Below the pieces are notes generated by a model. That model was not told the DNA's origin. It searched no databases and worked only from the letters and a program-made list of their open reading frames with translations. Shown here piece by piece: positions 9,834-20,339 of a DNA stretch of 64,000 nt (positions are counted from its first letter, which is position 1; each line of letters opens with the position of its first letter). Origin of the DNA: Anthoceros angustus (Eukaryota > Plantae > Anthocerotophyta); assembly GCA_010909165.1 (NCBI GenBank), contig MU008160.1:2108001-2172000 (forward strand). The letters run 5' to 3'. A program made the translations under genes and the position numbers.

Positions 9834-11677
9834 GTGACCACCCTACCACTAGGGTAGGCGCCCACTGGGGACAAAAGACTCCAATGAGGTCAAGAGAAGC
9901 CGGTGAGGGCTGCTGGGGCCTTGGCCGAGGATGGAGGGGCAGGGGGATCTAGCAACATGCCCCCTAGGATAGATGATAAGGTGGTTGAGGGAGCAACGCC
10001 ACTAGAGGAGACCAAGGATGGGGTACGGCCCATCACGACAGGAGAAGGGGTGCAAAATTCCCACACCCCACGACCAAGGGAAGAACCGGGACCTGGAGAG
10101 GAGTCCAACGCAAAGAAGGCCCGGAGAAATCAGTAGGAGGAGGAAATCATTGGACAGCAAATGGGGAGGAAGGATCTTTTGAGAATGTTCCATGATAGGT
10201 ATGGACAAATCAAACAGTAGACAAGGGAGCAAAGAAGAACTCTTCTTCTTTGCTTCCTTCCCAGGAAGCCTTCTCCGAGGTGAAGAAGAAAGGAGAGCAG
10301 CATTGAGGGAAGGGACCAACCTACCATGGTAGGTGGTCAGCCTACCCTGGTAGGTTGTTAGCCTACCGCAGTAGGGTCAAGTTTGAAGAGGCGCGGCTAG
10401 CAATGAAAGGCAAGAAGACGGGCCGAAAAGAAGGGGGAAGGGGCGCGACCAATTAAAGGATAAGTGGAAACGAGGCGCCGCCCCCGCGGAGAAGGAAGAG
10501 GGGGCAAGAAGATCCTTGCCCCACAAGTCGTTAAGAGTTAGAGGCTGGGTAGGGGCCAGCAGCAGAACAAGGATGTGAGGGCCAATCCGGAGAGAACCCG
10601 TCACCACCCTAGCAAGATAAGGATCCAATTGGTCAATGACCATAAATGTGCTTTGGGAAGTGGGAAGGATAAAAGGTGTAGGCTGAAGTTATTTAAAGAT
10701 TGACATGGGTGGAATTGCTAGAATAAAATTTACCTAGGATCAGACAATAGACTTAGATGTCAGAACTTACATACTGGCAGTAGGAAATAATAGAATATTG
10801 GGAAAGGTGGCCTGCAGCAGGCACACCCAAGGGAGATGGTATGTGGAGGTCCTCCTATAAGAGGAAGAAGATTTCACAAAATAAAGTATCACGCCTTATG
10901 CGCCCATACTGGGCGAGTCCTCGCCTTGTGAAGGAATTGCACACCGCAGCTGTTGTTCAGGGTAGAGAGGAAGTTCACGGCGGTCGAGTGCTTGGTAGAG
11001 GCTCACTCTGCACGCCGACAAGTTGCTCCCTTGTGAATGGTTGAGAAATTGCTTTACTTTGGGTGCGCGATGCCCAAGAACCTCGCTTGAGGGTAGACTA
11101 CATGTGGAAAGACTCTGGAGGTTCTCTCAAAGTGTCAAACTCATGGCAACTAGCCCAAGGAAGAACTTGCTAGCTTGTATGCGGACCCTAGGCACTTGTG
11201 CCGTAAGGGCGAGCCGGGGCCAGTGAGCTTGAAGTGAAGTTAGAGTAGGACAAGGATGATGAGTCGAGTTGAGCGTTGAGGAGGATGATGAGTAGAGGAT
11301 TAGAATGAAGGAAATAGTGGAAGGCCACAAGCAGAGCCTAAGGGACGAATCCCAAATCTGTAACAAGAGAGTGCTCAAATTGTTGGAAGAGTTAGTCTTA
11401 AAGGTGGGGACGAAATCATGGCTCGGGGTCCGGGCGCCTGTGGTGGAGTCCTTTCCTGAGGCATGGCTAGTGGTCGTTGTAGGTCGGGAGTTGGTGAATT
11501 TTGATCAAGGCATGCAACCGGCCGAGAAGGAGAGTTAGAGGCGCCTTGCCTCGTTGAGGGGTTGAGGTCAACCAGTATACAACCATTGATCTTGCAGTAA
11601 TCCTTGCTCACAAAAGTCTCATGGGATCGCCCACGACCGATGGGATAAGTGTGGCCACTAGAGGGTGAATCTTGGAG

Positions 11678-12070
11678 TGTCACACACAGGTAACTGAATT
11701 CATATAAGCACTTCCTCTATTAAACAACCATGCAAAATAAATCTAATACGCAGATATATAGGTGCAAACCAATTACAACATGAGGGAGTAGCTCGCACAT
11801 CGTGGCATAAACACACTCTCCCCATGAGAACAACAAACAAATTCCTCACGCTCTGATCACAGCTTTGGCCTCCTCACAACACCCTAGCATTGAGACATCT
11901 AGAGGACAAGCTATGATCCGAGCTTGTCCTCAATGGAAGGGTCTATATATACTAGGGCATATTCCTAAGATATCCTATATCAAGATATGCCGGAAATATC
12001 TTAAGAATACACTATAATATGCAAGGAATATGCTAAAAGCACATTACTTGAGCTTATCCACTTAGCTATT
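11678..12070 (-). repeat. AT-rich repeat family C (LTR-like or satellite), inverted fragment
   Basis: The reverse complement matches 48815-49210 (GCTAAGTGGATAAGCTCAAGTAAT...GAGGAAGTGCTTATATGAA). Confidence 0.8.
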
Positions 12071-12154
12071 AGATCCCAAAAGCACCCATAGAGGTGCTTG
12101 TGCCTGAGGTCAGCAGATTACACCACCTCCCCGATGTATGATCCATCTTTCCCA

Positions 12155-12582
12155 AAGAAGATTGGTTTGTGCACGCACCACATGAGGTGTGAACGATCGT
12201 TCTACTAATGATAATGTTTGACTTGGAGTCTCACATTATCGTGAGGGATTGGTTTGCACCATATATCCGCGTATTAGATTTGTTTTGCTTGGTTGTTTTT
12301 CGAGGAAGTGTTTATATGAATTCAAGTGCTTACCTCGTGCGACAGCTGTCATGTGGTGTGACACCAATCTCTGCACTTGGGTTTAGTGTTTGATTAGCAT
12401 TAATTAATCTAATTACTTATCTGTAAGTAAGTAATTAGTGTTGATTAATCTAAGGTTTCTATGTTATTTAAATATTGATTAGTGTTAATTAATCTAAGGT
12501 ACTTATGTTAATTAAGTATTGATTAGTGTTAATGAAACATGATTAGCAATAGCTAAGTGGATAAGCTCAAGTAATATGCTTT
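12155..12582 (+). repeat. Repeat family C fragment (end of one unit running into the AT-rich start of the next)
   Basis: Inverted match to ~14520-14960. Contains ATTAATTAATC/GATTAGTGTTAATT microrepeats. Confidence 0.8.
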
Positions 12583-14355
12583 GGAACCTTGCCTTCACTC
12601 GGTCGCCCTCTCTACATTCTGCGACCAGCCTTTCCAAATCTCCATACATCCTGCCTGTATGTGTGGGCCGATATGCTCTAGGCGCGCTTTAGCACCAAAA
12701 TGCCCTAAGCCTTCATGCACGGTGATGAGTCTCACCCGATCCTCCTTGGGTACAATTCTATCTCCCTCAGAATCACGGACATACATTATGTCCTCCTTCC
12801 AATAGTACCGAGCCACCTTCTCGCGTAGCTTGGCCTGCTTCTGAGAGGAAAGCCCATGTGGCAATTCCCCAGACCTTAGGAAGGTCACCGCTATTACATC
12901 CGCCCAGATGTCCCTGACGGACTTTGCATACAAAGCGATGAGTGGAGGGCTGTCTTCAGCATCCTCATGCAGCATGGCCAACATGGTATCCGAACTACTC
13001 TCTCCCCCAACCGGTTGCTCATCATCTGAATCTTGCCCGGCCCCGTAGTGTCTTCACGAGGTAGAGGATTCCTTGACAACCCATCGATTAGAGTGAACTC
13101 TACCGCCGGTGTTCGATGACAAAGTCATACTCGAGAATGAGAGCCCACCTCGCCAGCCTCCCGTAAGCTTGGCATCAACCAATGCAAGGGTTGATGGTCT
13201 GATTAGTCGAAATTGATGTCCAAACAAGTACGGACGAAAGTGTCCGACGCCCACACCGCAAGACATTCTCCTCAGAGGGCAGTAGTTGACTCACCGTTGT
13301 TGTTGCTAACCGGCATAGGCAATGACATGTTCCTCTTCCTTGTCATTGATCCGCGCCAAGATCGCCTATGCCGCATTTGCTCCAATTAGTGTAAAGTATG
13401 AACGGCCATCAAGTTTGATGACCAAGAATTGGCGAGCTCATGAGTCTACCCTTCAACTCCATGAAAGCCGACTCCTCCTCTTGAGTCCAACGCCAAGTCA
13501 CCAACTTCTTCAACAAGTCATTCAATGGTCACAATCCTCGCTCATCCGCTGGAATGAACTTCCCAGTACCAAGAATGCCCTCAACTTGAGATGTCGTTAC
13601 TGGAATGCGATTGCCTCCACCTTGGTGGCATGCGGCGAGATCCCAGCGTGATCCAATGACCAAGTACAACACCTTATCCTCTCCAAATCGACACTTCGGA
13701 TGGGCCTTCAACCCACAAGACCAGCCTAGCTCAAGATGTTGTAGATGCTCCTCAAAGGTATTGAAGATGATGACATCATCAATGTAGCACTTGGCTAAAT
13801 GCAAGTCCTTGAGCTCATTGTCCATGTACCTTTGAACTGCTGATGTCTTCAACCCAAATGGCATGTAATTCCACTGACAAGCAATCCGCCCTGAACGCTT
13901 TTCTTCTTGTCTTCTTGCGATCTCTACTTGGTGAAACCCTAGCCTCAAGTCCAATGTTGAGAAGAACTTGGCGCACCCAATGGTGTCGAAGATCTCTGCC
14001 GCCGGCATGGGATAGTGGTCATGTGGGATTTGCTCATTCAACGGCCGATAGTCACCACACATTCTCCTCTCCGTCCACGATCCATTCTCATCCTTCTTTT
14101 CGAAGCAGCGCAATGCATCGAAATTAGATCGTCGAATCACTAGCTTGAGAAGCTCTTAGCATCGATTCTCAACCAAATCCCATTCAGCCTTGCTGAGCCT
14201 ATGCCTCCTGTGGAACAGTGGTTCATCTGTGGTCAATTCTATGTGGAACTTCCCTTTGGTGTACTTCCCCATCTCCGCAAGCGTGAAAGCAAACACATGT
14301 CATGATGCCTCCAACAACTCCTTTAGCTGACGCCGTTGATTGCTCTTCAATTCGA
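12583..14355 (-). mobile_element. Ty3/gypsy pol (RT, RNase H, start of integrase Zn finger) of the methyltransferase-carrying element; Chlamyvir-like
   Basis: KKDENGSWTERRMCGDYRPLN...YPMP...FSTLDLRLGFHQ...PFGLK...CYIDDVIIF. RNase H VIAYA...YLFGHQFRLI. VHEGLGHFG at ~12700. Confidence 0.88.
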
Positions 14356-14357
14356 CG

Positions 14358-14960
14358 CATGTTAACCATGTTTAATTAACATTAATCAATGCTTAATTAA
14401 CATAAGCTTAATTTATCAATGCTAAATTAATATTAATCAACATTAGCTTAATTTATCAATGCTTAATTAACATTAACATTAATCATTGCTTAATTAATCC
14501 ATGCTTAATTAACTTAGCTATTGTTAACCATGTTTAATTAACATAATCAACACTTAATTAACATAAGTACCTTAGATTGATTAACACTAATTACTTACTT
14601 AAAGATCAGTAATTAGATTAATTAATACTAATCAATGCTTAATTAACATAAGCCTTTAGATTAATTAACACTAATTACTTACTTAAAGATAAGTAATTAG
14701 ATTAATTAATACTAATCAAACACTAAACCCAAGTGCAGAAATTAGTGTCACACGGCATGATAGCTGTCGCACGAGGTAAGCACTTGGATTCATATAAGCA
14801 CTTCCTCGACAAACAACCAAGCAAGACAAATATAATACGCAGATATATAGGTGCAAACCAGTCCCCCCTAATAATGTGAGACTCCAAGTCAAAACATTAT
14901 CATTAGTAGGACGACATACGTACGCACCTCATGTAGCGCATTGTGCACAAAACCAATCTC
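14358..14960 (-). repeat. Repeat family C fragment with expanded TTAATTAAC microsatellite-like tract, interrupting pol
   Basis: Inverted homolog of 12155-12582. The flanking pol sequence is duplicated (14244-14355 is similar to 15115-15226). Confidence 0.8.
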
Positions 14961-14989
14961 CTGGAATGTCCCGAGGTTATGAACCTTGT

Positions 14990-16089
14990 CCATGAGTGGA
15001 GGCTTGTCTTCAACATCCTTATGCGCTCTATGTGGACTACTCTCCCCACCCGGTTTCATTTTCTTCTTGCCTCCGATCGTGCCTCCCGCATAACGTTCAT
15101 TTGATTAGTTCCATGTGGAACTTCCCCTTGGTGTACTTCCCCATCTCCGCAAGTGTGAAAGCAAACACATGTCGCGATGCCTCCAACAACTCCTTTAGCC
15201 GACGCCGCTGATTGCTCTTCAACTCGCCTGTTAACCACTCATGTGGTGTGGCTCGATGGCTTGCACGCTTCCACGTGCTCGCCTCCTTGCCTCCAAACTC
15301 GCCTTCTCCTGAGATGCGAGTGAATGTCCTTCACCCACCGAACCCCGCCGCTTCAACCCCGCCTTCTTCTGGTTTCGTTGGTAAGCGACAAACAACCAGT
15401 GTCATCATGTTCACGTCAAATGCTTGCCCAAGCAATCGACACTTCCTTCCCCCACTTGTCTCGTGGCTCATCAAATCCCATGGCCAACTCCTCTCTGGTG
15501 TTGGCTCTCCAAGGCCTCGCCATGTCCCCACCACAACGCCGGGCCATGGTTCCCAAGGCGTAAGACTTGGACTTAGACACAAAGGTTGGCCAAGCCGCCA
15601 TGGGGTGTCCAGCGTGTTCAGGAAGTGCGCAGCTTGTCACCTTGATGACTTGTTGGGCATGCCTTCCGATGCTAGCACATCCTTGACACATGATTAGGTC
15701 GCTTGGTGAACGACCTCGCACACTTCAAATGTTCCAAGGGAGCAAGGTTAGTCCACATGGACCTCAACCTATGAGCCCTCGAACCAAATTGAGTCGCATC
15801 CAATAGAAGCTCCCGACCCAACACTGGATCGTGGCAAAGTCCTCCGAACTTGCTTCTTCACGCTCATGCCGGCACATTCTCCAACATGTATCCACAAGGC
15901 CTTTCTTGCCCTTTCCGGATCAAGCGCAAGATCCTCATCGTGTCATAGAACAATGCCGTGGATCCTTCGACCTTGACCCTTGCCTCGCAGAGGATAGTCC
16001 TCGACACTCCCAACCCGCGGATAACAAGATCCACCGGCTGCCCAAGACAACTCAAATGGGACAACCCTATCATGCTAACATCCATCTGG
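14990..16089 (-). CDS. C5-cytosine DNA methyltransferase domain (motifs IV, VI, VIII, IX, X) followed by the pre-RT region of gypsy Pol
   Basis: Reading through indels: VDLVIAGWECQDLSSAG (IV, catalytic Cys, ~15985-16035), GYMLENVPA (VI), LDATQFGSRAHRLRSMWTNL (VIII, ~15745-15803), EPTP..RELAMGF (IX), RLLGQAFDVN (X). Continues towards RT. Confidence 0.85.
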
Positions 16090-19001
16090 GTTTCCGTAAC
16101 CCTTCATCGACTGTATGCGCGATTACCGACGGCCACCGGCGCGCAATCCCTGCTGTAGTAAGGGGGTCCGCTCCAAGAGAATGATAGGCCCGCTTGCCAC
16201 GCTTTCAATCGCTTCTCACCTCACGAAAATCGTTTTCGCACTCAACACACACATTCATCGCTTTACGACTAACTACCCGTAACGCTCAACGGACAGTTCG
16301 GGCGCGGCCAAACGTTTAAGGACCGGCTCACGTCTGTATCATTCAAGTTTGTCAATCGCCCTCTCACCATTCACACTACACTCATTATCCTTGGAGAAAA
16401 TCGGGTGGTCAAGCGGGTCCACCTCCTCCGCCGCCAGCTCTCCGCTCTACACGCCTCCCGAGTTCCTCCGGCCACATGCTCCGGCCTGCTCGACTGGCCG
16501 CCGACGCAAGGGTCCCCGATTGCTTTCCTCGCACACCATCACACGCTAGGGTCCGCCACCGTGACCTTGATTAATCTCTCCGGCCGCCGCCAAAGACTCA
16601 AGACTCATGTTAGCAAGAAGACGCAAGGGCCTCGCATGTAAAATGCAGATCAACACCAAGAGAAATATACTTTAGAGAAATGCTCTTTATAATTACCAAG
16701 GTGGCCTTATTATAACACACCTATTCTCGAATGCTGACCCCCAAAGGCAGCCTTTGCCGGGCCGCCTACTATCTCCTTATTCCGCTATCTATGCTCTCGC
16801 GGTAATGGATTGCCCCTCGGTTCCGCCTCATGACCAGCGCCCAAGCCCTAGCTCCCGACAACCGCGCCCCTAATCTGATGATCCGCAAGGCGGCCCCTAC
16901 CTCTCCTCGAGACTCCAGTCAAGGCCACGGCCAAGGGTCGACAACGGCCACCACTAAATCCTCCTCCCCATCCTCTCTTACATCCTCGGGCCTCCAAGAG
17001 ATGGCCTGTCCGACGGTGGCTCCTTCCGCCTCGAGTCCGGACCCTGTGGTCCAGCCTCGACTCGAGTCCTGGACCTCTGGGTCCGGCCTTCTCTCCGGGT
17101 CCGGACCTCGGTCCGCCTTTTTCAGAGTCCGGACCTCGTGGTCCGGCTCTTCTTCGAGTCCCGACTGTGGTCCGGCCTTTCCGGGAGTCCTGACTGACTG
17201 GAGTCCGGCCTGGGCCCGGCCTTCCTCCGCTTCCTGGACCTCGTGGTTGGTCTGCCACTAGAGTCCTGACCTCGAGTCCGTGATTTTGTGGAGGTCGGAC
17301 TCCTGGTCCGCCTTTTCTTCAGAGTCCGACAAAGTCCGACTCACGAGCACTGGGTTCCTCTCTGGCTTATCACGGCTCACCCACCGAGCCTCCCCTGGTT
17401 CCTGCCTGGATGTGCCACCACGGCCTCCCTGTGGCCCCTCCTCCTTCCTTCCATGCGAGGTGCAGTGCTTACCTCCGCCAGACCTTCCCCTGCCCCGCCT
17501 CCCACCGCCTCGCCGCTGCCGCCAAACATCGCCTCCTAAGGTCCCTGGTGGCTGCCTTGGCCTCCTCGCCTCCTTCCGACTCATCTCGAAGTCCCACCGC
17601 TTAGGGTGGCGCAAGACCTCTAGAGCCTTGAGGAGCTCATGGTAGTAGGCAAAGTCGGAATCGACTTAATTGCCTCCTCCACATGGGCCCGAGCACTGCA
17701 TTCTCCTCCAGGTGCTCCGCAATGGGCGTGTTGTCCGCTCGCTGCCCGCTGCCGCCAGCTTGCCAACTATAAGCCGGGCATTTCTTGATGCCGCCAAGGC
17801 GGCCTCCGACACCTCCTCAGCCTTTGCTATCGCTGACGTGCTCCTCCTCCCTTCGCTGCTAGCTCCACCCGCTTGTTGCCATGGAGCCGCTCCCTCGCCT
17901 TCAAGGGGGGAGATCTCCGCCTCCTGCCTCCTTCACCGCGACGCTCCAACTCCTTGATCGCCGCCATTCTCCTCCGCTCTCAAGCCGGCCGAGACGCCTA
18001 TCTCCGCCAAGCCTTGGATTCTCCCGCTGAGAATCCCTGCGTCTGGACGCCTTGGAGTTGCAGCCTGTGGTGTCCTGCCGCCTTCCGCCTCCGCCTCCTC
18101 CGCCTCCCGCACTGACCCGGGAGGTCCCTATTTCCCGAGCTGGCCTCCATTTCTCCTTCACGGCTCGCCTGCTTGTCTCCGCCAATGCCTGGCCTTCAGT
18201 GCTGGGTGCCCGCCTCCTCCCTCGACCGGCCCGATCACGCCGGTAGTGATCCCGATCGACCTTAGCTGCGGGCTTCCGCCTCCGCTACCGCCTTCACCCG
18301 AGCCTCACCGGCTTGGTTGGTCTAGCCGAGCCGCCTCGCCAGTCGCGGCGTCCGCCGCCACGACCTTTCTCCGCCTCCTTCACGCCTCCTCCAGAGGTCT
18401 TCACCGTGCTTGGGCCTCTCACAGACGCTTCAGTCAGACACAAGGGTCTTGGTCCGGCTTGCCGAACTGTCCCTGACCTCCCGCCTCAGCCTCCCTCCTC
18501 GACCAGGGACTCCGCCTACTTCCACTGCCTCACCTACCCTTGAAGTTCCACCATCCTCCGCCGGGTGGCTCCACTGGGTCTTCTCATTGCCATGAGGCCC
18601 CAAAGCATACCGTCCATGACGGTAGCTAAAACTAGCCGCTGCTTCTTCCATGGTCACCGGGAGATGCCTGGAAGTCCGCCGTGGGCGCTGGCATCTCTCG
18701 GGTCCGTCAAGGACTGCCATTCTCGCATCCCGAGCGAGTCCGATCGGGCTCTCTCGACCGTCAGACCCTCAGGTCCCGAGTGCCGGTCCGAGCCTCACCT
18801 CCTTGGCCTCTCTTGGCCGCTAACTCCTTCTCCGCCCTTCTCCTCCCGGGGCTCGGAGGTGAAGGGGTCCGAGCCGGCCCTTTTGCCTCTCCGGCCGGGA
18901 CAGACCCCGTGGCTGCCGGTGGCCTCCCGCCTCCTTGGGCGCCCCTTTCCTCCGCCTCTTAGACCGCCTCTCGCTTCTTGCTACCGCTGGCAAGAGGCAA
19001 G
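16090..19001 (-). mobile_element. Family B large solo LTR, 3' part (contains coiled-coil ORF and dyad array)
   Basis: Colinear homology to 43535-46115, which directly precedes a gag on the minus strand. Interrupts the methyltransferase. Continues at 33736. Confidence 0.75.
17025..17345. repeat. Family B dyad array, ~35 bp unit GAGTCCGGACC-tcgt-GGTCCGGcc
   Basis: About 8 degenerate units. Equivalent arrays at 44505-44705 and 35140-35240. Confidence 0.8.
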
Positions 19002-20092
19002 TGTGGAACGCAAAAGTTTGGGCAACTAGTTTAAATGAGTTGTTTTGAACAGCCCACACTCTTTTGCTAGAAATGGTTTGGTGAAGACATGCAAGGAAAT
19101 TTTTGCTCCTTTTGAGCGGGAGTTGTAGGACCATGTCGGAAGGCAGAGGATATGCAGGAAAAGAAACGGGTCAAAACGACCCACTGTGAGGAGAAAAGGT
19201 AACCTACATGAGTGGTAGGAGGTGTCCTACCACCGTAGGGAGAAACTCCTACCATGGTAGACGAGGGTAGGAGAGATCCTACCACCGAGGAGATGACCTC
19301 GCTAGTGTTTTGATCACCTACCAGTAGGGAATAGCTCCTACCATGGTAGGAGAGGGTAGGAAGGTATCCCACCGTCAGAGTAACTCCCACCGTGGTAGGA
19401 GAAAGGGAAAACGCCTACCATGGTAGGAGGATGTCCTACCACGGTAGGAGATAGGTTGCTAAGGAAAGTAGCTTATGTTTTAGGCGTGATAGGCTTGCTA
19501 TATATAGGGTCTTTTAGTGGACTAGATAAATAGGCCAAAATAGGTAATTAAGAAATTAGAGGCTAATTTTCAATTAGAAATTAGAAAATAGGGAAATTGG
19601 TATTTTAGTATAAGGAAATTAGGAAACTAACATCAACGGTGAGAGGGCCACGTGGCACACATCCAAGGGCAGGATAGAATGGTAGTTACTTTTCTAACCC
19701 TTGGGTGACTTATAAAAGTGGGTGCCCGCAAGAGGCCACAACTAAACTTGGAGACTACCACAGCAGAAGGCGCCCCGCCACACCTCAAGCTTCCCAAGGC
19801 CCCCATACAACGCCCGCACACGCGCCTGCGCCGAGGAGGAGAGAAGGAGGCAAGCTCAACAAGGAGGCGGAAATCCAGGCCCAAGAGAGGGAGAAGGAGG
19901 AAATTGAGGAAGAAGAGAAGGGAGAAGAAGGTTGGGGCGCAACACTGCCAAGCTCGTGAGGGTGCCTAGGAGGGTGGAGCATGGCAAGATTGCTAGGAAA
20001 CCGTGAAGGGCTCCTAAATTGTCAAGGTGTAAGAGTCCGTGGGGAATTTTGGTGAGCTTTCTGCGGAGAAATCGGGTTTTTGGGACGCTAAG
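19002..20092 (+). mobile_element. LTR-A copy 2 (solo), part 1
   Basis: Starts TGTGGAACGCAAAAG with no PPT upstream. Matches 2120-3212. Confidence 0.9.
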
Positions 20093-20339
20093 GAGTGTGT
20101 AACAACTCACCGCCGAATCAACTAGCCCGAAAATGGATGGCTGCTGACCTACACCCGCCATTGGGGCAAGTGCGAGGTTCCAATGAGTAGAAGGGCGTGG
20201 GGGTTGTGGTGCAGTTGGGGCGTGAGCTCAAGGCTTGACCTGCAAATCTTGGTGGTAGTAGCAAATATTCAAATGAGAACTTTGAAGACAAGTGGAGAAA
20301 AGGTTCCATGTGAGCAAGAATTGGACATGGGTTAGTCCT
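20087..20339 (+). rRNA. Displaced 26S/25S rDNA fragment (non-functional)
   Basis: GCTAAGGAGTGTGTAACAACTCACC.GCCGAATCAACTAGCCC...ATCTTGGTGGTAGTAGCAAATATTCAAATGAGAACTTTGAAG...GGGTTAGTC are conserved eukaryotic LSU motifs. Confidence 0.9.

Larger units (their letters stand above)
8363..11677 (+). mobile_element. 3' part of a related large LTR (family A') into which element A inserted; truncated near its end
   Basis: Contains an ORF2 homolog, dyad clusters (9800-9860, 10320-10375) and a TATA at ~10856. Its 3' end (caaaagtctcatggga...tgggataagtgtggccactagaggg) matches the LTR-A end. Confidence 0.8.

Noticed and set aside
14990-16089. Host CMT/MET1/DRM gene or bacterial restriction-modification methylase contamination
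   Set aside because: No BAH/chromo/UBA domains, introns or partner nuclease are seen, and the domain runs directly into gypsy pre-RT sequence.
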